From a virus: a stretch of 64,000 nucleotides of DNA. The translations under genes were made by a program, and so were the position numbers. The stretch covers positions 1 to 64,000 of IMG/VR virus record IMGVR_UViG_3300032092_000021; one strand, written 5' to 3'. Position 1 is the stretch's first letter; every line of letters starts with the position of its first letter. A model generated the notes under the pieces. That model did not search any database, was not told the DNA's origin, and was given only the letters and a program-made list of their open reading frames with translations. This document shows positions 16,219 through 26,240 of the stretch, one piece after another.

Positions 16219-18981
16219 ATGCAAGTATATAACGCCCTACAAACTAAAGCAGGTGCTAAGACAGAGTACAACAAAATGGGTACTCTTAATCAGCCTATAC
16301 AATTTTTACCTAGATCAAAAAAAGATGAAGATTGGGCAGCATGGTGTCTAGACTGGTTGGAGTGGCAAGGGTTGAAGATGGTGCGCAGAAATGCACGTCG
16401 TCTTATGAAGAACTACAAACTTGCAAAAGGACTTATTGATAGAACTGACTATGTAATTGAAGAGGATAATGAATACGCAGATTTAATTGATACCCTAACT
16501 AAAGAGGATACATCTGCACTAGAATTAAAATTCTACCCTATTATTCCTAATGTAATTAATACCCTTACTTCTGAGTTTTCTAAAAGAGTCACTAGAGTAA
16601 CTTATGGTGCTGTAGACGAATACTCCTACAATGAAATGTTGGAGCAAAAGAAAGCAGAGGTAGAACAGTTATTGGTTAGCGATGCTAGACGTAAGGTAAC
16701 TGAAAGAATGATTATGATGGGCGCAGACCCAGAGAGTCCTGAGTTTCAGGAACAAGTTTCTCCGGAAGCATTAAAAAGTCTACCTGAAATTGAATCTTTT
16801 TACCAGAAAGATTACCGTTCAATGATTGAACAGTGGGCAGAACATCAGCATAGGGTTGATACAGAAAGATTCTATATGGATGAATTAGAAGAACGTGGTT
16901 TTCGCGATCTTCTGATTGCTGATAGAGAATTCTGGCACTTTAAGATGATGGAGGATGACTATGAGGTAGAACTCTGGAATCCCGTACTTACATTCTATCA
17001 AAAAGCTCCTGAGACTAGATATATTTCCGATGGTAACTGGGTTGGTAAATATGATATGATGACTGTTGCTGATGTCATTGACAAGTATGGTTGGTTGATG
17101 ACAGATAAACAAATGGAAGCAATAGAACTTATCTACCCGGTAAGATCTGCTGGTTATCCTATTCAGGGTTATCAGAATGATGGTAGTTACTATGATGGTA
17201 CTAAATCACATGCATGGAATACTAACATGCCATCGCTTGGTTATAGACAGTTCACTTCTATGTGGGATAGTGCTCAATACGGAGGTGATATTGTAAACTG
17301 GATTATGATGGAGAATGAAGACTACCTAGACATGGGTATGTCTAACCTTCTTCGTGTTACTACAATATATTGGAAGTCACAAAGACGTGTAGGACATCTT
17401 ACTAAGATTACATTATCTGGCGATGTTGTTACGGAGATTGTTGATGAAGACTATGTAATTACTGATAAACCTGAGTACAACACATCACTTATAAAGAATA
17501 AGACTAAGCATACACTTGTATTTGGTGAGCATATTGACTGGATTTGGATTAACCAAGTATGGGGTGGTGTAAAGATTGGTCCAAACAGACCTACATTCTG
17601 GGGTACAAATAATCCTGGAGGTATTACTCCTATCTACTTAGGTGTAAATCAGAATCACATTGGACCACTTAAGTTCCAATTTAAAGGTGATAATTCACTC
17701 TATGGTTGTAAGCTTCCTGTAGAAGGTTCAGTATTCTCTGATAGAAATACTTACTCAAGGTCTCTTGTTGACCTTATGAAACCTTTTCAGATTGCTTACA
17801 ATATTGTAAATAACCAGATTGCTGACATCCTAGTAGACGAATTGGGTACAGTAATTATGCTTGACCAGAACTCTTTACCAAGACACTCACTAGGAGAAGA
17901 TTGGGGAAAGGGTAACTTTGCTAAAGCATATGTAGCAATGAAGAACTTCCAGATGTTACCTCTGGATACATCTATTACTAATACTGAGAATGCTCTAAAC
18001 TTTAACCATTTCCAGAAACTGGATATGTCACAGACTGAGCGTTTGATGTCCAGGATTCAATTAGCGCAGTACTTTAAACAGCAAGCATTTGAGGTAATTG
18101 GTATTACCCCACAGCGCTTAGGTCAAGAGATATCAAGACAAACTGCTACCGGTATAGAGCAATCTATCAACGCTAGTTACGCACAGACTGAATCTTATTT
18201 TATTCAGCACTGTGACTACTTGATGCCTAGAGTACACCAGATGCGTACAGACTTGTCTCAGCATTATCAGTCTACAAAACCATCAGCAAGACTTAATTAT
18301 ATAACCTCTCTTGATGAAAGAAAAAACTTTGAGATAAATGGTACTGATTTCTTGCTCCGCGATATTAATGTGTTTGCTACTACTAAAGCCAACCAGAGAG
18401 CTATTCTTGAGCAGCTTAAGCAGCTTTCTCTTAACAATAACACTGCTGGTGCTAGTATCTATGATTTGGGTAATATTCTTAAGTCTGATTCTATTTCTGA
18501 AGTTACGCACATCCTCAAACAAACGGAGAAGAAAGCAGACCAAATAAGACAACAGGATATGCAGCAACAGCAACAGATGCAGGAACAAATGATTCAAGCT
18601 AAGCAGCAAGAAGAGCAGCTTAAGAGAGAGTTTGAAGCATCTGAGAAAGATAAAGACAGACAGGCTGAAATTATAGTAGCTCAAATAAGATCTGCAGGAT
18701 ATGGAGCTATGATGGACATCAATGAGAATAAGCAGTCTGATTACATGGATGCAATGGATCAAATTCAGAAGTCTGAAAACTACCAGAGCACTATGGATCT
18801 TAATCGTGAGAAGGAAGCAAACAAGATGATGCAGTCTAGAGAGAAGTTGAACATTGAAAGAGAGAAAATAAATGCTCAGAGAGAAATAGCAAACACTCAG
18901 TTGCGGATAGCTCAAGAGAATAAGAACAGGTTTGATGCACCTAACAAAACTGAACAAAAGGACAAAAAGAAGAAGAAGTAG
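16219..18981 (+). CDS. Portal protein (crAss-like)
   Basis: 920 aa, follows TerL; motifs YPIIPNVIN, SLVDLMKPFQ..YN, GITPQRLG; Gln-rich coiled-coil C-terminus. Confidence 0.88.
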   Translation: MQVYNALQTKAGAKTEYNKMGTLNQPIQFLPRSKKDEDWAAWCLDWLEWQGLKMVRRNARRLMKNYKLAKGLIDRTDYVIEEDNEYADLIDTLTKEDTSALELKFYPIIPNVINTLTSEFSKRVTRVTYGAVDEYSYNEMLEQKKAEVEQLLVSDARRKVTERMIMMGADPESPEFQEQVSPEALKSLPEIESFYQKDYRSMIEQWAEHQHRVDTERFYMDELEERGFRDLLIADREFWHFKMMEDDYEVELWNPVLTFYQKAPETRYISDGNWVGKYDMMTVADVIDKYGWLMTDKQMEAIELIYPVRSAGYPIQGYQNDGSYYDGTKSHAWNTNMPSLGYRQFTSMWDSAQYGGDIVNWIMMENEDYLDMGMSNLLRVTTIYWKSQRRVGHLTKITLSGDVVTEIVDEDYVITDKPEYNTSLIKNKTKHTLVFGEHIDWIWINQVWGGVKIGPNRPTFWGTNNPGGITPIYLGVNQNHIGPLKFQFKGDNSLYGCKLPVEGSVFSDRNTYSRSLVDLMKPFQIAYNIVNNQIADILVDELGTVIMLDQNSLPRHSLGEDWGKGNFAKAYVAMKNFQMLPLDTSITNTENALNFNHFQKLDMSQTERLMSRIQLAQYFKQQAFEVIGITPQRLGQEISRQTATGIEQSINASYAQTESYFIQHCDYLMPRVHQMRTDLSQHYQSTKPSARLNYITSLDERKNFEINGTDFLLRDINVFATTKANQRAILEQLKQLSLNNNTAGASIYDLGNILKSDSISEVTHILKQTEKKADQIRQQDMQQQQQMQEQMIQAKQQEEQLKREFEASEKDKDRQAEIIVAQIRSAGYGAMMDINENKQSDYMDAMDQIQKSENYQSTMDLNREKEANKMMQSREKLNIEREKINAQREIANTQLRIAQENKNRFDAPNKTEQKDKKKKK

Positions 18982-19035
18982 CTATATTCTCCGTTTTATT
19001 TACATAAAGCAAAAAATTTTTAAAGTTTAGGTGTA

Positions 19036-19043
19036 TATATTTG
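19036..19043 (+). promoter_or_regulatory. TAnnTTTG box upstream of scaffold/MCP
   Basis: TATATTTG in the intergenic gap. Confidence 0.5.
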
Positions 19044-19085
19044 TTTATATTATTAGTGTAGATTTTAATTAAACCAACAAAAAAT

Positions 19086-20309
19086 ATGAGTAACACACAA
19101 GATAATACCGTTGTTGAGCAGGTTGATTTAGACCTGGACAACATCCTTGGTATGCCCGGAGCTGAAAGCATAATGCTTCCTGAAGAAAAGAAACCTAATG
19201 TATTTTCTGCAGGTAAACCCGATCTTTCTTTTATGGAAAAATCAGAAGACAAAGACGCTTCTGGTGAAAGTAAAGAAGAGGGTGCTGAAAAGTTTACAGA
19301 TGTACTCAAAGATTTAGATCCTGAAGATGCTTCTTTAGGAAAGCAATTTGACGAAGAGGATACTAAAAAAGCTCCTGGACGTGCTAAGATTGCTAAAGAT
19401 GGTACAGTAGAGTTAGTAAAGAAGTTAATTGACGCAGGTCAAATAATTCCTTTTGATGACGAAAAGTCTATCGAAGACTACTCTATAAATGATTTTGAAG
19501 AACTGCTTCAAGCAAATTTTGAAGAGAGAGAAAACAAAATTCGTCAAAGTACCCCAGCAGAGTTTTTTGAATCTCTTCCTGAAGAGCTCCAGGTAGCTGC
19601 TAAATATGTAGCTGATGGGGGTCAAGATTTAAAAGGATTGTTCAGAGTTCTTTCTCATGTAGAAGAAACATTTGAACTCAATCCTGCAGAACCTAACCAT
19701 CAGGAAAGAATTGTAAGAGAGTATCTTACAGCTACAAACTTCGGTACTTCTGAAGAAATTGAAGAAGAGATCGATAGTTGGAAAGATAGAGATGAACTAG
19801 AATCTAAAGCTAATAAGTTCAAACCAAAGTTGGACGCTATGCAAGCTAAAGTAGTTCAACAAAAGCTTGCACAACAAGAGCAAATGAAAAGACAACAAGC
19901 TGCACAAGCACAAGCTTATATGCAGAATGTATATAACACAATTGCTCCTGGTGAACTTAATGGTTTGAAACTAGATCGCAAAACACAAGAAATGTTGTAT
20001 GGCGGTTTGGTTCAACCATCCTATCCTAGTATTAGTGGTAGACCTACTAATTTGCTGGGACACCTTCTAGAAAAATACCAATACGTAGAACCAGATCATT
20101 CTCTTATTGCTGAAGCTCTTTGGTTACTAGCTGATCCTCAATCTTATAAGAGTAAGATTATGGATCAAGCTCAGAAAGTGCAGGTTGAAAAAACAGCACG
20201 TATGCTAAAGACAGAAGAAGCACGCAGAACTACAGGTTCACCTATTGTAGAAAAAGAAGAAGTAAAGCAGAGAACGATTAAACGTAACAATAACTTTTTT
20301 AAACGCTAA
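19086..20309 (+). CDS. Putative capsid scaffolding protein
   Basis: Highly acidic, helical, located between portal and MCP. Confidence 0.7.
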   Translation: MSNTQDNTVVEQVDLDLDNILGMPGAESIMLPEEKKPNVFSAGKPDLSFMEKSEDKDASGESKEEGAEKFTDVLKDLDPEDASLGKQFDEEDTKKAPGRAKIAKDGTVELVKKLIDAGQIIPFDDEKSIEDYSINDFEELLQANFEERENKIRQSTPAEFFESLPEELQVAAKYVADGGQDLKGLFRVLSHVEETFELNPAEPNHQERIVREYLTATNFGTSEEIEEEIDSWKDRDELESKANKFKPKLDAMQAKVVQQKLAQQEQMKRQQAAQAQAYMQNVYNTIAPGELNGLKLDRKTQEMLYGGLVQPSYPSISGRPTNLLGHLLEKYQYVEPDHSLIAEALWLLADPQSYKSKIMDQAQKVQVEKTARMLKTEEARRTTGSPIVEKEEVKQRTIKRNNNFFKR

Positions 20310-20338
20310 TTAATTAACCTTTTATAATTTAAGTTAAA

Positions 20339-21967
20339 ATGGCAACTCCAGTTTTAAATAATGGTATATTTCTACGAGATACCAACTACGCAGCTAGTTC
20401 ACACGTAGATTCATACCACTTAGTTAACATGTTGAAGAATGCAGAACCAATGGACATGGGTCCAGTGGATCTGTGGGCAATGGCACAAAAAGTCGAAATG
20501 CCTCTTTACCAAATGTCTAGCTTTGGTGGTAAGAATGTAATCATGGTTGATAATGCAAGAGGTGAGTACAAGTGGCAGACTCCAGTTGTACAAGATCTTC
20601 CTTATGTTATCGAAGACATTGAACCAAGCAATACTGTTAAAGGTATTGATGGCAGTACCTTTAAAATTAAACTTTCACGTCGTGAGTTCGGTCATGGTGA
20701 TATCATCACTTATGACAAGTACAACGGTGTGGAAATGTACATTGTTCCTGATCAGGATATTCTTCCAATGGGTGATGGTTTTATTTACACAGTACAACTT
20801 GTAAATAACGACAACACTAAGTTTTTGGATAACAAGTATCTTGCATCTGGTACTAAAGTATTCCGTAAGGGTTCTGCTCGCGGAGAGTACGGTGAGAGAT
20901 TCTCTGATATTCAGATCCAGTCTGGCTTCCGTGAATTCTACAACTTTGTAGGTGGAGCTGAAGCACACGTACACTATTCTGTTTCATCTCGCGCTGATCT
21001 TATGATCAAAGGTGGTATGAATGCAGATGGTACTGTACCTGTAACTGAAATCTGGAGAAACTTTGACCAGAACATGGATCCTTCTATCACTAACCTTGAG
21101 AACATGGTTAGTCGTATGGGTAAGGAGTATGTTAAAAAGGCAATGTCAAATGGTAACCTTTCTCGTACCTTCTTGACCACAATGGAAGCAGCTCACTTGA
21201 GCAAAGTTGCAAGTGACATTGAAACCTACTTGATGTGGGGACAAGGTGGTAGAGTTCGTCAGGATGGTCCAGATGATGTAAGATTGTCTGTGGGTCTTTG
21301 GAGACAGCTTGACAACTCATTCAAGCGTGTATACAACAAGTCAGGTTTCAACCTCGATTTGTTCCGTTCTGAAATCTACAACTTCTATGCTGGTAAGGTT
21401 GAGTTCAAGGGTCCAGATCCTAAGCGTCAACTTATTGTACAAACCGGTATGGGTGGTATGAGAATGGTTAACGAAGCTATCAAGAAAGAGGCAGTTAACT
21501 CAGGTTTGGTTATCCAAGCTGCTGACAATGCTGGTATCGGTGCTATCACTGGTAAGGGCATGGATCTCGGATTTGGTTTCGCATACACTTCTTACGTTAT
21601 CCCATTCTTGGCAAACGTGAAGTTTGTATTGAACCCTGCTTTCGATAACATCCACACTAACGACATTGAAAACCCAATCATCGATGGTTTCCCATTGTCT
21701 TCTTACAACTTCATCATCTTTGATATCACTGACAACACTAACGACAATATCTTCTTGTTGAAGTTGTCTTGGGATAACCAATTGAAGTGGTGGTACCAAA
21801 ACGGTACAATGGACTACATGGGTCGTACCCAAGGATTCCAGTCTTCTGGACAGTTCAATGGATACCGTGTATATATGACACAAACAATGCCTGCGATTTG
21901 GGTAAAAGACCCAACCAAGGTATTGAAGATCGTTATGAGAAACCCTGTAACCGGTGGATCATTCTAA
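20339..21967 (+). CDS. Major capsid protein (crAss-like HK97 fold)
   Basis: Gene order; strongly optimised codon usage (TTC/ATC/AAC); C-terminal IWVKDPTK motif; followed by a terminator. Confidence 0.88.
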   Translation: MATPVLNNGIFLRDTNYAASSHVDSYHLVNMLKNAEPMDMGPVDLWAMAQKVEMPLYQMSSFGGKNVIMVDNARGEYKWQTPVVQDLPYVIEDIEPSNTVKGIDGSTFKIKLSRREFGHGDIITYDKYNGVEMYIVPDQDILPMGDGFIYTVQLVNNDNTKFLDNKYLASGTKVFRKGSARGEYGERFSDIQIQSGFREFYNFVGGAEAHVHYSVSSRADLMIKGGMNADGTVPVTEIWRNFDQNMDPSITNLENMVSRMGKEYVKKAMSNGNLSRTFLTTMEAAHLSKVASDIETYLMWGQGGRVRQDGPDDVRLSVGLWRQLDNSFKRVYNKSGFNLDLFRSEIYNFYAGKVEFKGPDPKRQLIVQTGMGGMRMVNEAIKKEAVNSGLVIQAADNAGIGAITGKGMDLGFGFAYTSYVIPFLANVKFVLNPAFDNIHTNDIENPIIDGFPLSSYNFIIFDITDNTNDNIFLLKLSWDNQLKWWYQNGTMDYMGRTQGFQSSGQFNGYRVYMTQTMPAIWVKDPTKVLKIVMRNPVTGGSF

Positions 21968-21980
21968 TGATTTTAACTAT

Positions 21981-22010
21981 AAAAGGGGGAGGGAAACCTC
22001 CCCTCTTTTA
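21981..22010 (+). terminator. Intrinsic terminator after MCP
   Basis: GGGGAGG-GAAA-CCTCCCC followed by TCTTTT. Confidence 0.85.
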
Positions 22011-22040
22011 TATTTGTAAAACCTTTTAACTTTTAAAACA

Positions 22041-22256
22041 ATGAACGAGTATAAAAATCCAATTAAGAAAATGTGGCAGCAAGCTAACCAACCTATTCAG
22101 GATGGCAACAATGTACAGCTTCCACACACTTTAGGTACAGCAGCTCCTACTACAACTCCTGCTAAAATAGGTTTGCTGTTTATTAATACAGCTGGACCTG
22201 AAGTATATATTTCAACAGGAACCACATCAGATGCTGACTGGACATTACTAGTCTAA
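22041..22256 (+). CDS. Small head decoration/fibre-like protein
   Basis: APTTTP..IG.LFINT....YISTG....DW beta motif seen in fibre/spike proteins. Confidence 0.55.
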   Translation: MNEYKNPIKKMWQQANQPIQDGNNVQLPHTLGTAAPTTTPAKIGLLFINTAGPEVYISTGTTSDADWTLLV

Positions 22257-22283
22257 TTATAAATTTTATAAACCAACAACAAA

Positions 22284-23303
22284 ATGAGTGATACTTTTAC
22301 AATGGTGCAAACGCCCGGTACTAAATCCGGACCTATTGCAATCCGTCCATTCTTTAATCAAACCGTATCTAATATGGGACTTGAGAAGTATGGATTATCT
22401 TTATTTGAGGGAGTTTTTCATGAGGAACAACTTGCATGTATTGAGCAGAATGGTGTGAAGAGATACATTACAGGTCTGAATGAATTTGCTCCTGAGATTA
22501 AAATGATTAGAGATGAGGATCAGAAACAAGCTAGAATCCATGAGATTCGCTCTGCTGTATCTGAACTAGAAAAAGAAATGGCAGCAAATCCAATTGAGGT
22601 TTCTGACCCACATTTCTGGAGCAAAGTAAAATTATTACGCCCTGAGAATGATGATTTCTGGACCAAGATTACATTGAGGTGTGGAAACACCCCAATGTTT
22701 CTTGATCCGGTAAAAGATCCTTTTGATAGAATTAGGCTTTATGCTATTGAAGCAGGTGGGTTTAGCATTATAGCAAAGAGCTATGAGGATGCTAAAAATA
22801 GACCTACTCCGGTTAAATTCTATTTGGATAAATATGAAGAAACTGCTGGAAGCAAAACTGAAATCAAAAAACTTCGTAACAAAGCTCTTGCTGAACTTCA
22901 GAAGTTGTTTGATAAGAATCCAGTTAAGTTAATGTACGTAGCTAAGATTGTAGACATCAATAGTGTTCAGTACAAGAAGTCTACACCTAATGATGTTATC
23001 TATGATAACATGGATATCTATATCAATGGTGAAGGTTCTGAGAAGAGTCAGACAAGAGCTGCTCAAACTTTCTTAGATGCTGTAAATTTTGATATGGAGA
23101 CACTAAAACTTAAGGCGGTTATCAGAGATGCTAGCTACCTGAGATTTATTTCTACAAAACCTGATGGATTTATTTACCATACATCGTCATCTACTATGTT
23201 AGGTAGAAATCCTGCAGATGTTTTAGAGTATCTAAAGAATCCTTTGAATGAGGAGATACTCAAAGACCTTTTGAAAGCAACCGAAAAATACTGGAATCAA
23301 TAA
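22284..23303 (+). CDS. Conserved crAss-like head/portal-associated protein downstream of MCP
   Basis: 339 aa; position matches the conserved gene after MCP in crAss-like capsid modules. Confidence 0.6.
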   Translation: MSDTFTMVQTPGTKSGPIAIRPFFNQTVSNMGLEKYGLSLFEGVFHEEQLACIEQNGVKRYITGLNEFAPEIKMIRDEDQKQARIHEIRSAVSELEKEMAANPIEVSDPHFWSKVKLLRPENDDFWTKITLRCGNTPMFLDPVKDPFDRIRLYAIEAGGFSIIAKSYEDAKNRPTPVKFYLDKYEETAGSKTEIKKLRNKALAELQKLFDKNPVKLMYVAKIVDINSVQYKKSTPNDVIYDNMDIYINGEGSEKSQTRAAQTFLDAVNFDMETLKLKAVIRDASYLRFISTKPDGFIYHTSSSTMLGRNPADVLEYLKNPLNEEILKDLLKATEKYWNQ

Positions 23304-23467
23304 TGGGAAACATGTTATACCAAGCTTCTGACAATATGAGTACTGTCAAAGGTGATAAGACTGCTAAGTACAGCAATGCTGCTACAAATCTTTCTTTAAG
23401 AAATTCTCCAGACCTAACCAAATCTTTAGTAAATTATAGTAAAGGAAGTAATTATGGCAACAAGTAA
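23303..23467 (+). CDS. Small hypothetical protein (54 aa, MGNMLYQASDNM...)
   Basis: Manually translated; TAATG coupling; below the ORF-track cutoff. Confidence 0.6.
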   Translation: MGNMLYQASDNMSTVKGDKTAKYSNAATNLSLRNSPDLTKSLVNYSKGSNYGNK

Positions 23468-23612
23468 AAAACAAATGATTAAGCGCAAAGATGGATCCTA
23501 CAGTCAACGAGGACTGTGGGATAATATTCGCGCTAACAAAGGTTCTGGTAAGAAACCTACTGCTGAAATGCTGAAACAAGAAAAGAAAATTAAAGCTAAA
23601 ACTAAAAAGTAA
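23454..23612 (+). CDS. Small Lys-rich protein (52 aa, MATSKKQMIKRKDGSYSQRGLWDNIRANKG...)
   Basis: Manually translated; TAATG-coupled to the next gene. Confidence 0.75.
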   Translation: MATSKKQMIKRKDGSYSQRGLWDNIRANKGSGKKPTAEMLKQEKKIKAKTKK

Positions 23613-23818
23613 TGGCAAAGAAACTTAAAAAATTTCAACCTGGTGGACCAACTAAAGAAGTTTCGCTTACAGAAAAAGTAAAAATAGCAAAACAACTTTA
23701 TAAAGATAATCCCGGTAAAGTTTATTTAGATGCTGTAATAAGAGCTGAGAAAAATTTAGCTGATTCTTTAGCAACACCTAAAAAAGTTATTCCTGTTGTT
23801 CCTAAAAAGAAAAAATAA
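23612..23818 (+). CDS. Small Lys-rich protein
   Basis: 68 aa, KKFQPGG motif, TAATG coupling. Confidence 0.75.
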   Translation: MAKKLKKFQPGGPTKEVSLTEKVKIAKQLYKDNPGKVYLDAVIRAEKNLADSLATPKKVIPVVPKKKK

Positions 23819-24066
23819 TGGCAAAATCACCTGCATGGCAAAGAAAAGAAGGTAAGTCAGAAAGTGGTGGACTTAACGCTAAGGGTAGAGCTTCCTACAA
23901 TAAAGAAACAGGAGGTAACCTTAAAGCACCACAACCTGAAGGTGGTTCTAGAAAAAAGTCTTTTTGTGCAAGAATGTCGGGGATGAAGAAGAAACTTACT
24001 TCTAGCAAGACAGCTAATGATCCAGATAGCAGGATTAATAAAGCTTTGCGTAAATGGAAATGTTAA
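23818..24066 (+). CDS. Small basic phage protein (GGLNAKGR...RKKSFCARM...LRKWKC family, DUF6321-like)
   Basis: Recognisable motif set widespread in aquatic phage structural regions. Confidence 0.8.
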   Translation: MAKSPAWQRKEGKSESGGLNAKGRASYNKETGGNLKAPQPEGGSRKKSFCARMSGMKKKLTSSKTANDPDSRINKALRKWKC

Positions 24067-24083
24067 CGTAAATTAGTAATAGT

Positions 24084-24269
24084 ATGGCTAAGAAATCAAA
24101 GTCTTCTTTACCGAAGAAATTATTTGGAGGTGGTGATAAAAAATATAATCCCGCGGTACCAGGAATATTTAACATGGGTCAGAGAATGGAAGGTGCTGCA
24201 AATGTGTTAAGTAAAGGTGCTGTACCTGGAATGAAAAAAGGTGGTTCTACTAAATCTAAAAAAAAGTAA
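24084..24269 (+). CDS. Small Lys-rich protein
   Basis: 61 aa; LFGGG and MKKGG motifs. Confidence 0.7.
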   Translation: MAKKSKSSLPKKLFGGGDKKYNPAVPGIFNMGQRMEGAANVLSKGAVPGMKKGGSTKSKKK

Positions 24270-24273
24270 TATT

Positions 24274-24423
24274 ATGAAAAGTAAATGCATGTCTTGCGGA
24301 GGATCTATGAAAGGTTCTTCAAAAACTAAAATGGAAAAAGGTGGTAGTGCTGGGGGTACTGCACTTAAGAATGCTCTTATCAAAGCTGGTTACAAAAAAG
24401 GTGGTTCTGTAAAGAAGAAGTAA
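24274..24423 (+). CDS. Small Lys-rich protein
   Basis: Likely start is ATG 24274; MEKGG and YKKGG motifs. Confidence 0.7.
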   Translation: MKSKCMSCGGSMKGSSKTKMEKGGSAGGTALKNALIKAGYKKGGSVKKK

Positions 24424-24569
24424 TGGCTGAGAAAAAAGACAAGAAATGGATTCAGAAAGCTATCAATCCTGCACATAAAGGATACTGTACGCCTATGACT
24501 AAATCTACTTGTACTCCTAAGAGAAAAGCACTTGCTATTACTCTTAAGAAAATGGCTAAAAAGAGATAA
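24423..24569 (+). CDS. Small Lys-rich protein (48 aa, MAEKKDKKWIQKAINPAHKGYCTPMTKSTCTPKRKALAITLKKMAKKR)
   Basis: Manually translated; TAATG coupling; KWIQKA...LA.TLKK motif. Confidence 0.78.
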   Translation: MAEKKDKKWIQKAINPAHKGYCTPMTKSTCTPKRKALAITLKKMAKKR

Positions 24570-24587
24570 CTATTAAACTTATATAAA

Positions 24588-24782
24588 ATGAAAAAGTCAG
24601 GTGGTGTTTATGTAAAACTGAACGGTAATCAAGCTGTTCAGAAAGTAGCTGGTTCTAAAGGTGCTGGTACTACTAAAAGTGTTAAGATCAATGAAGCTCA
24701 AAAGAAGGCAGGTGGTCGTGTAGGTGGTGGTAACAAACCAGCTTCTGTTGAGCCTAAGAGCAAGAAGAAAAACGTTAAGTAA
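24588..24782 (+). CDS. Small Lys/Gly-rich protein
   Basis: 64 aa, TAATG coupling. Confidence 0.7.
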   Translation: MKKSGGVYVKLNGNQAVQKVAGSKGAGTTKSVKINEAQKKAGGRVGGGNKPASVEPKSKKKNVK

Positions 24783-25012
24783 TGAAGAAAAACATACCTA
24801 AAATGGATATGGGAGGTCTCTACACAGGAGCATCTATGTCTCGTGACGTAGAGAACCAACCAATATCTGGGTATGGTACTTCTGAACCTAGCAGGTGTCC
24901 ACCTGATTGTGGCAGTAAAACCGCTCCTAAATCTAAGAGCGGAGGCATTGACTACAAACAAAGGAGAAAACAACAGGACAAAATAAAGCCATCAAACTGT
25001 CGTAGAAAATAA
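24782..25012 (+). CDS. Small basic protein
   Basis: 76 aa, KMDMGG motif, TAATG coupling on both sides. Confidence 0.7.
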   Translation: MKKNIPKMDMGGLYTGASMSRDVENQPISGYGTSEPSRCPPDCGSKTAPKSKSGGIDYKQRRKQQDKIKPSNCRRK

Positions 25013-25716
25013 TGTTAAATAGTACCCTTAGATTAAAGATTCAACAGCGATTAAACAAACTCGCTAGTCAGGATTATGATAATATCGAGTGCTGGCAGAT
25101 TGTTGAAGCTTTTAACAAAGCTCAGATTGAGTGGGTACGTAGACAGATTATGGGTCGCAATGCTGCACAAGCAGGTGCGGAGCAAACAGTAAGAAAGATT
25201 GATGATTTACAAAATCTACTTACACCCTTACCGTTAACTTCTATAAGCTCGGGTGATTACTATTTAACTCAGCCTCTACCAGATAACTATCTAGAGTATC
25301 ATAAGATTGATATCACAGCTACAAAAGACTGTTGTACTGATCCTAAGAAACTTATAGTCTATTTGGTTGAGGAAGTTAATAGCAGTATACTTTTAAGAGA
25401 TGAACTCCGCAAACCTAATTTTGAGTGGGCGGAGACTTTTTGCACAGTCGTAAATAATGCAATTAGGGTTTATACAAACAGAGAATTTGATATTAGAGAT
25501 ATTACTCTGATGTACTATAGACAACCCAGACGTATTGCTATTACAAACTGTGGTGACCCATATACCGGGTTAATAACAAGTACAGATGTAGAGTGTGAAT
25601 TCAAAGATGATATTGCTGAGGTGATTGTAGATGCAGCAGCATCTATCTTAGCAGCTGATATAGAATCATTTAGTCAGTATACGCGCACATCTCAACAATC
25701 AGAAAATAACACATAA
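25012..25716 (+). CDS. Head-tail adaptor/ring protein (crAss-like)
   Basis: FNKAQ...LP.NY...YYRQP...EVIVDAA pattern typical of P22 gp4-like ring proteins. Confidence 0.7.
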   Translation: MLNSTLRLKIQQRLNKLASQDYDNIECWQIVEAFNKAQIEWVRRQIMGRNAAQAGAEQTVRKIDDLQNLLTPLPLTSISSGDYYLTQPLPDNYLEYHKIDITATKDCCTDPKKLIVYLVEEVNSSILLRDELRKPNFEWAETFCTVVNNAIRVYTNREFDIRDITLMYYRQPRRIAITNCGDPYTGLITSTDVECEFKDDIAEVIVDAAASILAADIESFSQYTRTSQQSENNT

Positions 25717-25718
25717 TT

Positions 25719-26168
25719 ATGGAAAATAATGTTTTAAGGAGATCCCTAAAGACTGGGTCACAACAATCACAGACCGCGTCTTCTAGCACCAAAGGTGCTG
25801 ACATGGGTAAACTTGTTTCAGAATTTTTGGAAGCAGTAACTTCTGTACACAAAGCTCATCTCAAAATTACAGGTCCTGGTTCATATGCTGCACATACAGC
25901 AATGGGTGCGTTTTATGATGAAATCGGAGATCTTGCTGACTCTATTGCTGAGTCATACCAGGGAGTAACCGAGACGTTGTTGGATATTCCAGCAACTCAG
26001 CAAGCTTCTTGCAGTAGTGCTGCAGAATGTGTAAATTTTTTGAATAGTCTTTACCAAAAGGTGGATGCTGCTCAAAAAGCATGTGCTTATTCTGAGATTA
26101 TTAATGACCTAGACAATGTCAAGTCACTGATTAATAGCACTAAGTATAAACTGATTTTCTTGAAATAA
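25719..26168 (+). CDS. Ferritin/Dps-like four-helix protein (DUF5856-like)
   Basis: H..H.....SYAAH.A...FYD....LAD..AESYQG ferroxidase-like motif. Confidence 0.8.
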   Translation: MENNVLRRSLKTGSQQSQTASSSTKGADMGKLVSEFLEAVTSVHKAHLKITGPGSYAAHTAMGAFYDEIGDLADSIAESYQGVTETLLDIPATQQASCSSAAECVNFLNSLYQKVDAAQKACAYSEIINDLDNVKSLINSTKYKLIFLK

Positions 26169-26240
26169 TTTGGAAGTGAGCTAATCATTTCCTATATTAA
26201 CTATATATTTTTGTTTGTAACCCTTTAATTTTTTAAAACA

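Noticed and set aside
18283-18957. 224-aa minus-strand ORF and other antisense ORFs within late genes
   Set aside because: Antisense shadows of charged or low-complexity plus-strand genes.
14001-21967. Introns or inteins in terminase, portal or MCP
   Set aside because: ORFs are uninterrupted; no intein (C...HN) or homing-endonuclease motifs were seen.
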